A stretch of DNA of 49,032 nt from Candidatus Desantisbacteria bacterium CG1_02_49_89 (lineage in GTDB: Bacteria; Desantisbacteria; UBA1551), in contig MNUP01000047.1 in NCBI GenBank assembly GCA_001871075.1, positions 1 to 49,032 on the forward strand. The letters run 5' to 3'. The notes under the pieces were generated by a model that searched no databases, had not been told where the DNA came from, and saw only the letters and a list, made by a program, of their open reading frames with translations. Positions 1 to 9,550 of this stretch are shown piece after piece. The translations under genes were made by a program, and so were the position numbers. Each line of letters starts with the position of its first letter. Position 1 is the stretch's first letter.

Positions 1-349
1 CATAAACCTGGACATAGGCCACGCGTATATGGCAGCTGGCACAGACGAGGGATTTTTCAGGTTCATAGAAGAATTCAAGGGAAAGATAGCGGAAGTGCAC
101 CATAACGGAGTGAACCATTTTTGGGGAGGTTATATGGAACACCAGCCCCCGCATATGAACAACATGATAGATTTCCAGCGCGTCTACACGCGCCTGAAAG
201 AGACCGGGTATGAAGGTCCCATTATCTGCGAGATCCAGGGGCATGATATCGCGCAGGTTGTAAGGCACTGCCTGGAATCAAAGGAAATGATAGCCGGCAT
301 CTGGAACGGCAGCGTTAAACTCAAGCAACGATGGAATGTTTCCGAATAA
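1..349 (+). CDS. Sugar phosphate isomerase/epimerase (xylose isomerase-like TIM barrel), 5' truncated by window
   Basis: Frame open from the window edge: INLDIGHA...EVHHN...H.PP...IDF..V...LKETGYEGPIICEI, typical C-terminal motifs of the family. Confidence 0.7.
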   Translation, partial: INLDIGHAYMAAGTDEGFFRFIEEFKGKIAEVHHNGVNHFWGGYMEHQPPHMNNMIDFQRVYTRLKETGYEGPIICEIQGHDIAQVVRHCLESKEMIAGIWNGSVKLKQRWNVSE

Positions 350-350
350 C

Positions 351-438
351 AGGTCAAAGCTCAAAGGTCAAATCGCAAATCGCAAAACTAAGGACTTTCA
401 CCTTTGACTTTTAACCTTTAACTTTTGACATTTGACCT
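351..438. repeat. Heptamer tandem-repeat element with inverted arms
   Basis: Left arm aggtcaaagctcaaaggtcaaatcgcaaatcgcaaa; right arm ctttgacttttaacctttaacttttgacatttgacct; terminal inverted repeat AGGTCAAA/TTTGACCT. Confidence 0.8.
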
Positions 439-477
439 GAATTTCTCTGTGCCTCTGTGGTGAATATTGGAGGTTTG

Positions 478-1554
478 ATGAAAAGACCTGCTCCGTTAGC
501 GTTCAAGCCGGACCTGGAAATGGCAGCGAAAAGATGGGAGGCGTTTTACGCCGGGGATATAATAGACCGCCCGCTTGTTTGCGTGACCGCGCCCAAAAAA
601 GGCGCGAAGGGCCTAACCGGCAGTTGGAGCGATTATTACGAACGCGTGAACGGGGACATGGACGAAATAATAGACAGGACCCTGAGGTGCGGGGAAGCCA
701 CGTTTTACGGCGGGGAATCCATCCCTTCTTTCGGGATCACGTTCGGGCCTGACGAGACCGCGATATTCTGCGGCGGCGAGCTGCGCTGGAGTAAGGATTC
801 ATACGGCACGAACTGGTCAACACCTTTCGTGGAAAACTGGAAAAAAGTCCTGCCCCTGAAAGTCCGGGAAGACAACCCGCTTTGGAGAAGGATGCTGGAG
901 TTTTATAAAAGAGCCGTGAACAAGATGGCGGGAAAAATGCTGGTTAGCCTTCCGGATTTCCACACTAACATGGACCTGCTTGCCGCCATCCGCGGGCCGG
1001 AAAAACTCTGCATGGACCTTGCGGACATGCCCGAGATGATAGACGAGGCGATGAAGAGCGCGAGGCAGGTTTTTCCCGTTGTATGGGACGCCGTGAAAAA
1101 AGCCGGCAGGATGGATGAGCTGGGATATTTCCAGTGCATGTATTCAATGGAGGGAGCCGCGATGCTGCAGTGCGATTTCTCCGCTATGATAAGCCCGGCG
1201 ATGTTCCGCAAATGGGTTCTGCCCGCGCTTGAGGAAGAAGCCGGGATCGTTAAGCATGTTTTTTACCACTGGGACGGGCCGAGTGCTCTTGTGCACGAAA
1301 AGGACATTATCGCGAGTAAGGGGTTGTTCCTGCTCAGTTATGTTCCGGGCGAGGGGCACGGGAACCACATACGCCACCTGGACCTGCTTAAACGCCTGCA
1401 GGCGCAGGGCAAGGCAGTGCACGCGGGAGGCTCGATAGATGACATAAAGGCAATGCATAAGGACCTACGGCCGGAGAAAGTAATGTATGAAACCTGGGCG
1501 CCGACCCAGGATGACGCGCAGGAACTGTTAGACTGGCTCGTTAAAAATACTTAA
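478..1554 (+). CDS. URO-D/methyltransferase-like (uroporphyrinogen decarboxylase superfamily) protein
   Basis: DLLAAIRGPEKLCMDL, LQCDFSAMISPAMF, YHWDGP motifs; ATG 478 follows GGAGG. Confidence 0.65.
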   Translation: MKRPAPLAFKPDLEMAAKRWEAFYAGDIIDRPLVCVTAPKKGAKGLTGSWSDYYERVNGDMDEIIDRTLRCGEATFYGGESIPSFGITFGPDETAIFCGGELRWSKDSYGTNWSTPFVENWKKVLPLKVREDNPLWRRMLEFYKRAVNKMAGKMLVSLPDFHTNMDLLAAIRGPEKLCMDLADMPEMIDEAMKSARQVFPVVWDAVKKAGRMDELGYFQCMYSMEGAAMLQCDFSAMISPAMFRKWVLPALEEEAGIVKHVFYHWDGPSALVHEKDIIASKGLFLLSYVPGEGHGNHIRHLDLLKRLQAQGKAVHAGGSIDDIKAMHKDLRPEKVMYETWAPTQDDAQELLDWLVKNT

Positions 1555-1557
1555 TAA

Positions 1558-1685
1558 AGTCGAGGAGTCGAAGACAGTCTAGGGGTCTAGGAGTCTAAGG
1601 GTCTAGGAGTCTAGGGGTCAAGGCTTTTAACTCCAAGACTCCAGATCCCGACATAAAGTCGGGATGACTCCCAGACTCCAGGGCT
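1558..1685. repeat. Octamer (GTCTAGGA/G) tandem repeat with inverted GACTCC arm and nested hairpin
   Basis: gtctaggggtctaggagtctaaggggtctaggagtctagggg followed by gactcc units; atcccgac-ataaa-gtcgggat inserted. Confidence 0.75.
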
Positions 1686-1727
1686 TGCTGTTCTTCGACG
1701 CAAGCCGACTCCTATTCGGAGGTTAAT

Positions 1728-3059
1728 ATGAACATAATTTTCATCGCGATTGACACGCTCGCGGCAGGGCATATGTCCTGCTACGGGTATAAACGAAAAA
1801 CAAGTCCTACCCTAGACAGGTATGCTAAAAAAAGCGTGCTGTTCCTCAATGCTTTCGCGCCTGACATCCCGACACAGCCCGCGTATACCACGATGTTCAC
1901 CGGCTTGCGCGGTTTAAGGCATACTATAGTCAGCCATGACGGAAGGAACGCGCTTGACCCGTCCGTGCCTGTGCTTGCGGAAGTCCTGCAAGATAACGGT
2001 TACCTTACTGCCGCTGTAGATAATCTTAAAGATATGAAACCGTGGTTTGACAGGGGGTACGCGGAATATTACAATCCCGGCGGCCTGCAGTTCGCCACCG
2101 CGGAAAAGATCAATTCGCTTGCCATACCCTGGCTGAAACAGAACTGCAGGAACAAATTCTATCTTTTCCTGCACTACTGGGATCCCCACACGCCGTACAT
2201 TCCGCACCCCGAATATAATTATTACAAAGGAAAAAAAGATGATCCCGCGAATAACTCGCTGAAAACGTTCCGGACCCAGATGGTTTACCCGTTCTTTGAG
2301 AGATGGTTCAAGGACCTTGGTAACGTGAGTGACGCGGAATACATTACGGCTCTTTATGACGGAGAGATAAACTACGTTGACAGCAAAATGCAGGAGATCT
2401 TCGATCTGCTGGAAGAGCTGGGCATAGCGGAAGACACGCTTGTGGTCATAACCAGCGACCATGGGGAGAGCATGACAGAACACAACATTTACTGGGACCA
2501 TCACGGGTTATACGAGACCACCACGCATATCCCCCTGATAATAAGGCTTGGGAAAAAATTCAAGCCCGCGAAGATCAGGGAAATGGTCCAGCATATTGAC
2601 ATAATGCCGACGATACTGGGGCTTGCCGGAATAAAGATAAAAGCGCGTATGGATGGTATGTCGCTTGCCCCGTTACTTGAAGGGAAGGGCGGGAAGGGTT
2701 ACAAAGAAGTTTATCTGAATGAATGCCTTTACCAGGCAAAGGTCGCCATGCGCACAAACGACTGGAAACTGATACTCGCGGTTGACAAGGGAGTACATCC
2801 GGACACTCCTGACAGGGAATTGTATAGCCTTAAAGCCGATCCTGAGGAAAAAACAAACCTTGCCAAGAAGGAAAAGAAAAAAGCCGATGAAATGGAGAAC
2901 ACGCTCCTTAAATGGAGGGCTTCGCAGCTGGGCGGCAATCCGGATCCTGTGAAGGTTGAGGCAGGCAGGGGGCTTCCGGCGATCGCATGGGTGGACCGCG
3001 CTATGAAAAGTATAAACATGACAAGGGAGGAGTGGCTTTCTCGTCAAAAATACGTATAA
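1728..3059 (+). CDS. Sulfatase / alkaline phosphatase superfamily hydrolase
   Basis: NIIFIAIDTL, HYWDPHTPY, YDGEI.YVD, TSDHGE, HIPLII, ELY.LKADPEE motifs. Confidence 0.85.
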   Translation: MNIIFIAIDTLAAGHMSCYGYKRKTSPTLDRYAKKSVLFLNAFAPDIPTQPAYTTMFTGLRGLRHTIVSHDGRNALDPSVPVLAEVLQDNGYLTAAVDNLKDMKPWFDRGYAEYYNPGGLQFATAEKINSLAIPWLKQNCRNKFYLFLHYWDPHTPYIPHPEYNYYKGKKDDPANNSLKTFRTQMVYPFFERWFKDLGNVSDAEYITALYDGEINYVDSKMQEIFDLLEELGIAEDTLVVITSDHGESMTEHNIYWDHHGLYETTTHIPLIIRLGKKFKPAKIREMVQHIDIMPTILGLAGIKIKARMDGMSLAPLLEGKGGKGYKEVYLNECLYQAKVAMRTNDWKLILAVDKGVHPDTPDRELYSLKADPEEKTNLAKKEKKKADEMENTLLKWRASQLGGNPDPVKVEAGRGLPAIAWVDRAMKSINMTREEWLSRQKYV

Positions 3060-3240
3060 GTCAAAATGCAAAATGCAAAATGCAAAAGTCAAAAGTTATA
3101 ATCCGTGTAAATCCGTGGTTGAAAATGCAGTTATGAGTTTAAAGCAAAATTTTTCTCTGTGCCTCTGTGCCTCTGTGGTGAATTTTTTATCCGTTTGCAT
3201 CCGTATTTTCTAATCCGTATGAATCCGTGGAGGTATTAAC

Positions 3241-5578
3241 ATGAAAAAGATCAGCTTGGACGGAACGTGGGAGCTGACGTATTTCCCGGAAGGGAAATTC
3301 AGCGTTAAGGATCCCGGAGAACTTTCAGGGATAAAGGCGAAAACCGTAAGCGCGAAGGTCCCGGGTAACGTGGAGCTGGACCTGGCGCGGGCAGGGGAAA
3401 TACCCGATCCTTTTTACGGCGGGAATATTTTCAAGCTGCGCCCCTACGAGTTCTACGAATGGTGGTACACGCGTTCTTTTGAGGTTGAGGACATCGATAG
3501 GGTTTCCTTCCCGCATATCCATATCGCTTTTGACGGCATAGACTGCTTCTCGGAGATCTGGCTCAACAACAGGAAGATCGGCGAAACGGACAATATGCTG
3601 ATAAAGCACTGCTTTGATGTTACGGACGTTGTTAAGAGTTGTTAAGAAAGGAAAGAACGAGATCGCGGTGAGGATAAGGTCAGCCGTGAATGAGGCGAGG
3701 AAATACACCTACGAACCCGTTGAGCAGGCGCTGCCCGTAAACCACGAATCCCTCTACGTCAGGAAAGCGGCGCATATGTACGGGTGGGATATCTGTCCCC
3801 GGGTGGTAAGCGCGGGCCTGTGGAGGTCCGTGGACCTGGAATTCCGCCCTCCTTCCGAAATAAAGGATATGTATTATTACACAAGCTCAATTGACGCCAG
3901 CAACGCGAGGCTGGGTATTTTCTGGCAGTTCCGGACCGACGAAAAAAGCCTTGAGGGGTTCTCGCTTAAAATAAGCGGCGAAAGCGGCGAAAGCGGCGAG
4001 CATAGGTTTGAAAGGACTATACCGCTTTATTTCGTCACGGGCTGGGAAACGATAGACGTCCAGAACGCGAAACTCTGGTGGCCCAGGGGATACGGCAGGC
4101 AGAACCTTTACGAAGTGAAGGCAGAGCTCATGAAGGACGGAAAAGTCGTTGACAGGAGATGCGACAGGGTCGGCCTGCGCACAATGGAACTTGTCCGCAC
4201 TGATATAACCACGATTACAAACCCCGGAGAATTTCTTTTCAAGTGCAACGGCGTGCCGATAATGTGCAAGGGTTCCAACTGGGTCCCGGCTGACGCGTTC
4301 CACTCAAGGGACGCTTCCAGGTATAAAAAGATCCTGGAGCTGTTTGACGACCTGGGCTGCAACATACTGCGCAGCTGGGGAGGCAGCGTTTACGAGGACC
4401 ACGCTTTTTACGACATTTGCGACGAGAAGGGGATAATGGTCTGGCAGGATTTTTCGTTCGCGTGCGCTCTTTACCCGCAGGAAAATGAATTTTTGAAAAG
4501 GGTGGAGATAGAAGCCGAATCCATTTTAAGGAAACTGCGCAACCACCCCAGCATAATACTGTGGAGCGGGGATAACGAGTGTGATATCTTCGCTTTTTAC
4601 AGGGGGATAGACCCGGCGAAGAACCGCATTACAAGGGAAGTCCTGCCGCGGATGGTTTTCAAATGCGACCCGTTCAGGCCGTTCCTGCCCAGTTCCCCGT
4701 ATTTCTCGCCTGAGGTGGTTAAAAGCAAGAACGGGGGACTTGTGCCTGAAGACCACCTCTGGGGCCCAAGGGATTGTTACAAGAGCAGGTACTACAGGGA
4801 ATCGCTGGCGCATTTCGCGAGCGAAATGGGATACCACGGCTGTCCCAACGTTTCCAGCATCAAGAAATTCATTGACAGGGAATACCTGTGGCCATGGAAG
4901 GACAACCCGCAGTGGAGGGTGCACTGCACAGACCCGGTTGAGGGAGGCTCGTCCTACAGTTACCGCGTCAAGCTTATGGCTGACCAGATCAAGGAGCTGT
5001 TCGGCGAGATGCCTGAAAGCCTCGAAGAGTTCGCGCTCGCGTCCCAGGTAAGCCAGGCAGAGGCAAAAAAATTCTTCATCGAAATGTTCAGGATAAAAAA
5101 GTGGCGCAGGACAGGCATAATCTGGTGGAACGTGATGGACTGCTGGCCCCAGTTCTCGGACGCGATAGTGGATTATTACTTTTCCAAAAAGCTCGCGTAC
5201 TGGTTCATCAAAAGGGTGCAGGTCCCGGTGTGCGTGATGGTTGACGAGCCTGATGACTGGAACTGCAGGATAGTCGCGGGGAATGATTCTCTTGAGCCGG
5301 CAGAGGGAAAATTCAGCATCAGGGACGCGGATTCCGGGGAAGCCCTGCTTAAGGGCAATTTTGAGGTCGGCGCGAACGTGAACAGGGAACTTGGGAAGAT
5401 AAGGGTCAGCCGCGGCGACCAGAAAATGTTCCTGATAAACTGGGAGATAAAGGATAAGAAGTTCGGCAGCCACTACCTGCTTGGCACCCCGCCTTTCTCG
5501 CTGGAAAAATATAAGGGCTGGCTCAGGAAGATCGCGGAAATGCCGTTCCCCTTTGACGCGGACAAGGTCGGCCAATAA
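3241..5578 (+). pseudogene. GH2 beta-mannosidase-like glycoside hydrolase, frameshifted near 3628-3647
   Basis: ORF 3241-3645 (sugar-binding N-terminus, FDGIDCFSEIWLN) and ORF 3614-5578 (KGSNWVPAD, WQDF, LRNHPSIILWSGDNE, FASEMG) become one frame if one copy of a 10-bp tandem duplication is removed. Confidence 0.8.
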
Positions 5579-5700
5579 GACAGTCATGCGTCATGGGTCA
5601 TGAGTCATGCGTCAAATCCACTGAATGCCCGAAGGTGCTGGATGCTGAATGTAGTAATCCGTGGAAATCCGTGTGAATCCGTGGTTTGACTGGAGGTTTA

Positions 5701-7152
5701 ATGAATTATAAGTTGTTCTGGGGCGAAATGCACACCCATACCTATTGCGGCGGGGTTTTCGGAAAGATCGAAGAGGCGGCAGAGGTGGCGAAGACCCACC
5801 TGGATTTCTGGGCCCCGGGCGAGCACCATGACCACAAGGAATTCAACTGGGAAAGGATATGCCGGGTCGCGAGAGAGCATAATGACCCGGGAAAGTTCAT
5901 CGTTTTCCCGGGCGTTGAACGCGGGGACATGGCAGGGGATTACAACGCGTATTTCCTGGACGATACGGTCAGTGTTCCCGCGCTTGAGACCTTTAAAAGC
6001 CTGGTGGATTTCGTTAAGAAGCAGGACGGCAGGGCTATTATGATCCCCCATCACACCGGGTACAAGGTCGGGTGCCGCGGCACGAACTGGAACGACCTGG
6101 ATGAGAGCGTGATGCCGCTTGCCGAAATATTTTCCATGCACGGCTCCTCGGAGAGCGAATACGGATCATTTCCGATGGATCTTTTCTGGATGGGGCCAAG
6201 GGCAACAGAGGGAACAGCCCAGGCAGGCCTGGCAATGGGAAAAAAATTCGGGTTCATGGCTTCGTCAGACGGGCATGACGCTTACCCGGGCTGTTACAAA
6301 ATGGGGCTGATCGCCGTGTACGCGAAAGAGCTTACCAGGGAATCGATCTGGGACGCGTTCAAGAAAAGAAGGGCGTACGCGGTCTCAGGGGACAGGATCA
6401 AGCTGGAATTTTCTGTTGATGGGCATTTTATGGGCGAGGAATACAAGGGCGGTAAAAAAAGAGAAATTAAGTCAAGGGTGATAGGCGATGACCTGCTTGA
6501 CAAGATCGAATTCATTAAGAACAATGAGATTGTTTTTAGAACCAGCGCGCCTTTGAACCGTTGTTATTCCGAGAACCGTAAAGGTAAGTATAAGGTCCGT
6601 GTTGAATGGGGTTGGGGGCCAGGCGGAAAAGCGAAGTGGGATGGCAGGCTTGAGCTGAATGGCGGAAAAATAGTTTCAGCGGAGCCCTGTTTCGGTCCGC
6701 CCGCGCCAAATAAGATCATTTCACTGGCAGAGAAAACCTGCGAATGGCTTTCTCACACGGACAGCTCGTATTTCTTCCGCTGGAACTCAAACCGCAACGG
6801 CAGGGAAGGTACAAATTCAATAATTTTTGAGATAGACGGAAGCGCTGACACGGTGCTTAACCTGAAACTCAACCAGAAGGCCTGCTCTTATTCCATATCC
6901 CGGCTTATGCAGGGCTCTTGCATTGAGCTTGCAAGTGAGCCGCCCAAAGAAGGCGGCTGGAATGTGCTGAAATTCAAGCTCTACGAACCCGTCCCCGAAA
7001 GCCAGTACAAAGCAGAGATTGTTTTTGCGGATAATTCTATTCCCCACTTTGAAAAAGGGGGGCGAGGGGGGATTTCCGATTTCTATTATTTGCGCGTGAC
7101 CCAGGCAAACGGCAACATGGCATGGTCCAGCCCCGTCTGGGTTGCCGGATAA
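5701..7152 (+). CDS. PHP-type metallohydrolase (DUF3604/CehA-McbA-like)
   Basis: WGEMHTHT, IPHH, EIFSMHG, GFMASSDGH, YYLRVTQ.NG.MAWSSPVW; GGAGG before ATG 5701. Confidence 0.7.
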   Translation: MNYKLFWGEMHTHTYCGGVFGKIEEAAEVAKTHLDFWAPGEHHDHKEFNWERICRVAREHNDPGKFIVFPGVERGDMAGDYNAYFLDDTVSVPALETFKSLVDFVKKQDGRAIMIPHHTGYKVGCRGTNWNDLDESVMPLAEIFSMHGSSESEYGSFPMDLFWMGPRATEGTAQAGLAMGKKFGFMASSDGHDAYPGCYKMGLIAVYAKELTRESIWDAFKKRRAYAVSGDRIKLEFSVDGHFMGEEYKGGKKREIKSRVIGDDLLDKIEFIKNNEIVFRTSAPLNRCYSENRKGKYKVRVEWGWGPGGKAKWDGRLELNGGKIVSAEPCFGPPAPNKIISLAEKTCEWLSHTDSSYFFRWNSNRNGREGTNSIIFEIDGSADTVLNLKLNQKACSYSISRLMQGSCIELASEPPKEGGWNVLKFKLYEPVPESQYKAEIVFADNSIPHFEKGGRGGISDFYYLRVTQANGNMAWSSPVWVAG

Positions 7153-7186
7153 ACTTTATTAGTCATGGAAGTCCGCGCGTATGTGC

Positions 7187-7215
7187 TTGACTTTCGCGCG
7201 CAAATGTGATATAAT
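7187..7215 (+). promoter_or_regulatory. Sigma70-type promoter
   Basis: TTGACT-17 nt-TATAAT with an extended -10 TG. Confidence 0.7.
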
Positions 7216-7248
7216 ATTAGATAGCTGAAGAGTTTCGGGAGGTGGAAA

Positions 7249-8010
7249 ATGAAGAAAATAATACTGTGCGTTTCGCTGATCCTTTTGACGGCGGCAGCAA
7301 ATAACGCCGGGGCGTGGGAGAAGGCGGGGTGGACAATGTCCCTGCCGGGTTATAATATGGGCACGTCCTATTCCTGCTACCAGCCGCAGCTTGGTGTTTT
7401 CATGAGAGATGAAATTGACTCTTTCCTGGGGCTTGACCCTGTGGCAAACCGCATGACGATCTGGAACCCCGCTTTCGTAGTCCGCTACTCAGTTACGCCC
7501 AACCTGCAGGTCGGCCTGCATTTTAACGGGCAGCAGGACCAGTGGACGAGCTCTGTTACAACCAATCCTGATTCTGTGACAACAAGGATCGACAGGAGCA
7601 TTGCCTCACTTACAAGCTACCTTCCCACAGCTGTCCTGCTTTACAGGATCCCGGTGGCAAAGGGATACTTTTCGATTGGCGGCGGCCTGGGGTACTACGT
7701 TGTGAAGTACAGCGCGGGAAAGGATAACATAACAGTGGTTGAAAATCCCGGCGGGTCGAACACAACCACGTTCGGCCAGGTATTCGGAGTTGACGCCTGG
7801 GCCGGTAATTTCGGTACGCAGGCCCTTTTGGAATTCACATACCCGGTTTTCCGGGATGTTTTCTTCTTCTCTGTCAGAGCGGGATACGTGTTCTGCCTGA
7901 TACCACAGCCTGCGGCGGTTGTGGACAACGAAAAAGGCTACAATTATTATGTTCCGGACATTGACCTGGGCGGCTTGCTTGCCACCGTGGGCTTCACCGC
8001 CGAATTCTAA
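7249..8010 (+). CDS. Hypothetical exported protein, probable outer-membrane beta-barrel
   Basis: Signal peptide ending AGA, amphipathic strands (FSIGGGLGYY), C-terminal Phe (VGFTAEF). Confidence 0.55.
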   Translation: MKKIILCVSLILLTAAANNAGAWEKAGWTMSLPGYNMGTSYSCYQPQLGVFMRDEIDSFLGLDPVANRMTIWNPAFVVRYSVTPNLQVGLHFNGQQDQWTSSVTTNPDSVTTRIDRSIASLTSYLPTAVLLYRIPVAKGYFSIGGGLGYYVVKYSAGKDNITVVENPGGSNTTTFGQVFGVDAWAGNFGTQALLEFTYPVFRDVFFFSVRAGYVFCLIPQPAAVVDNEKGYNYYVPDIDLGGLLATVGFTAEF

Positions 8011-8046
8011 AACCACAGAATTTAACCACGAGACTGTAGCTTTGCT

Positions 8047-8112
8047 GTCATTGCGAACAGAGTGAAGCAATCTCGTATTAGATTGCTTTGTCATTTCATT
8101 CCTCGCAATGAC
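8047..8112. repeat. Palindromic element of the GTCATTGCGA...TCGCAATGAC type
   Basis: Terminal inverted repeat GTCATTGCGA/TCGCAATGAC with inner AAGCAATCT/AGATTGCTT stem. Confidence 0.8.
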
Positions 8113-8130
8113 CAGGGTAAGGCGTTATTG

Positions 8131-8169
8131 AACTGCCCTTTAAGGATTCGGGGCAGTTTTTTATTTTTT
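8131..8169 (+). terminator. Intrinsic terminator
   Basis: AACTGCCC...GGGCAGTT stem followed by a T run. Confidence 0.7.
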
Positions 8170-8171
8170 AA

Positions 8172-8199
8172 TTGACAATACCCGAAAAACATATATAAT
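8172..8199 (+). promoter_or_regulatory. Sigma70-type promoter for the ribD block
   Basis: TTGACA-16 nt-TATAAT consensus. Confidence 0.75.
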
Positions 8200-8236
8200 A
8201 TGTAAATATCATAAAGTCTATCAAAGAAGGCTTGAT

Positions 8237-9346
8237 TTGATAAAGTCTAATATAAAGAAAGAAAAGTATTACATGGGGCTGGCAATAGAACTTGCAAAGA
8301 AAGCGCGAAATCCCAGCCCCAACCCGTACGTCGGGGCAGTGATCGTAAAAAACGGCAGGATAGCCGGCAGGGGATTCCACCTGAAAGCAGGAGATCCGCA
8401 CGCCGAGATCAACGCGATAAGAGATGCGGGCAAAAACGTAAAGGGTTCAACGCTTTACGTGAACCTTGAGCCCTGCGCTCACTGGGGCAGGACGCCCCCG
8501 TGCACTGACGCCATAGCAGAAGCAGGCATAAGGGAAGTTGTGATAGGAATAAAGGATCCCAATCCGCTCGTGAACGGTAAGGGCATAACCAGGTTAAAAA
8601 AAGCGGGCGTGAAGGTCAGTAGCGGGATCCTTGAACAGGAGTCAAGAAAGCTGAACGAAGTCTATACGCATTACATCATCCAAAAGATACCTTTCGTTCT
8701 TTTGAAAACAGCAATGAGCCTGGACGGCAAGATCGCGGCACGCACAGGCGAATCCAGATGGATCTCCGGCGAACAGTCGCGCAAATACGTAAAGCAGCTG
8801 CGCGCGAAGTTTGACGCGGTGTTAGTCGGAATAAATACGGTGCTGAGGGATGATCCGGAATTAACCACAGTTTACAAGTTTACAAGTTTACAAGTTTACA
8901 AGGAACCACTTAAAATAATAGTGGATAGCAGGCTGAAAATACCGCTCCGTGCGAAACTTCTGAAAAAGCCGGAAGAAGTAATTGTCGCGGCTACAAATAA
9001 AGCTCCTAAAAACAAAGCACGGCAGCTGGAAAGGCTGGGCGTCAGGGTTCTTGCAATAAAGGCAAAAAAAGACAGGATTGATATAAAGGCACTGATGAAG
9101 AAATTGGCAGAGATGGAAATTTCCTCCGTATTTATTGAGGGCGGCGGAGAAATTAACGCAAGCGCAATTGAGTCAGGTATCGTTGATAAAGTTCTATTTT
9201 TCATCGCCCCCAAGTTCATAGGCGGAAGAGACGCGAAAACCCCGGTTGAAGGCAGGGGCATTGCACGGATGGCGCAGGCAGCCCAGCTCCGCAATATAAC
9301 CGTCAGGCGTATCGGCCTGGATATTATAGTTGAGGGGTACCTTTAA
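8237..9346 (+). CDS. ribD: Riboflavin biosynthesis deaminase/reductase RibD (start could be 8273)
   Basis: PNPYVGAVIVK, HAE, LEPC.H.GRTPPC, SLDGKIA, IEGG. Confidence 0.95.
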   Translation: MIKSNIKKEKYYMGLAIELAKKARNPSPNPYVGAVIVKNGRIAGRGFHLKAGDPHAEINAIRDAGKNVKGSTLYVNLEPCAHWGRTPPCTDAIAEAGIREVVIGIKDPNPLVNGKGITRLKKAGVKVSSGILEQESRKLNEVYTHYIIQKIPFVLLKTAMSLDGKIAARTGESRWISGEQSRKYVKQLRAKFDAVLVGINTVLRDDPELTTVYKFTSLQVYKEPLKIIVDSRLKIPLRAKLLKKPEEVIVAATNKAPKNKARQLERLGVRVLAIKAKKDRIDIKALMKKLAEMEISSVFIEGGGEINASAIESGIVDKVLFFIAPKFIGGRDAKTPVEGRGIARMAQAAQLRNITVRRIGLDIIVEGYL

Positions 9347-9550
9347 ATAGCGTGTCAACGTGTCAGCGTATCAGCGTATCAAAGTTTAAAACTTATAAGT
9401 CAAAGGTCAAATCGCAAAGGTTAAAGCTCAAAAGTTAAAATAAAAACACCTTCATTTTTAATTTTGTTCCGAAGGAATCCCTTTGGGACATTTTTAATTG
9501 TAAATCACTGTAATCATCAGTTAATAATCACCGTAATCAATGGAGGAATA

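Noticed and set aside
4526-5587. Long antisense ORFs (4526-5587, 33874-34926, 39901-41082 and similar)
   Set aside because: They are shadows of well-supported genes on the opposite strand and have no recognisable motifs.
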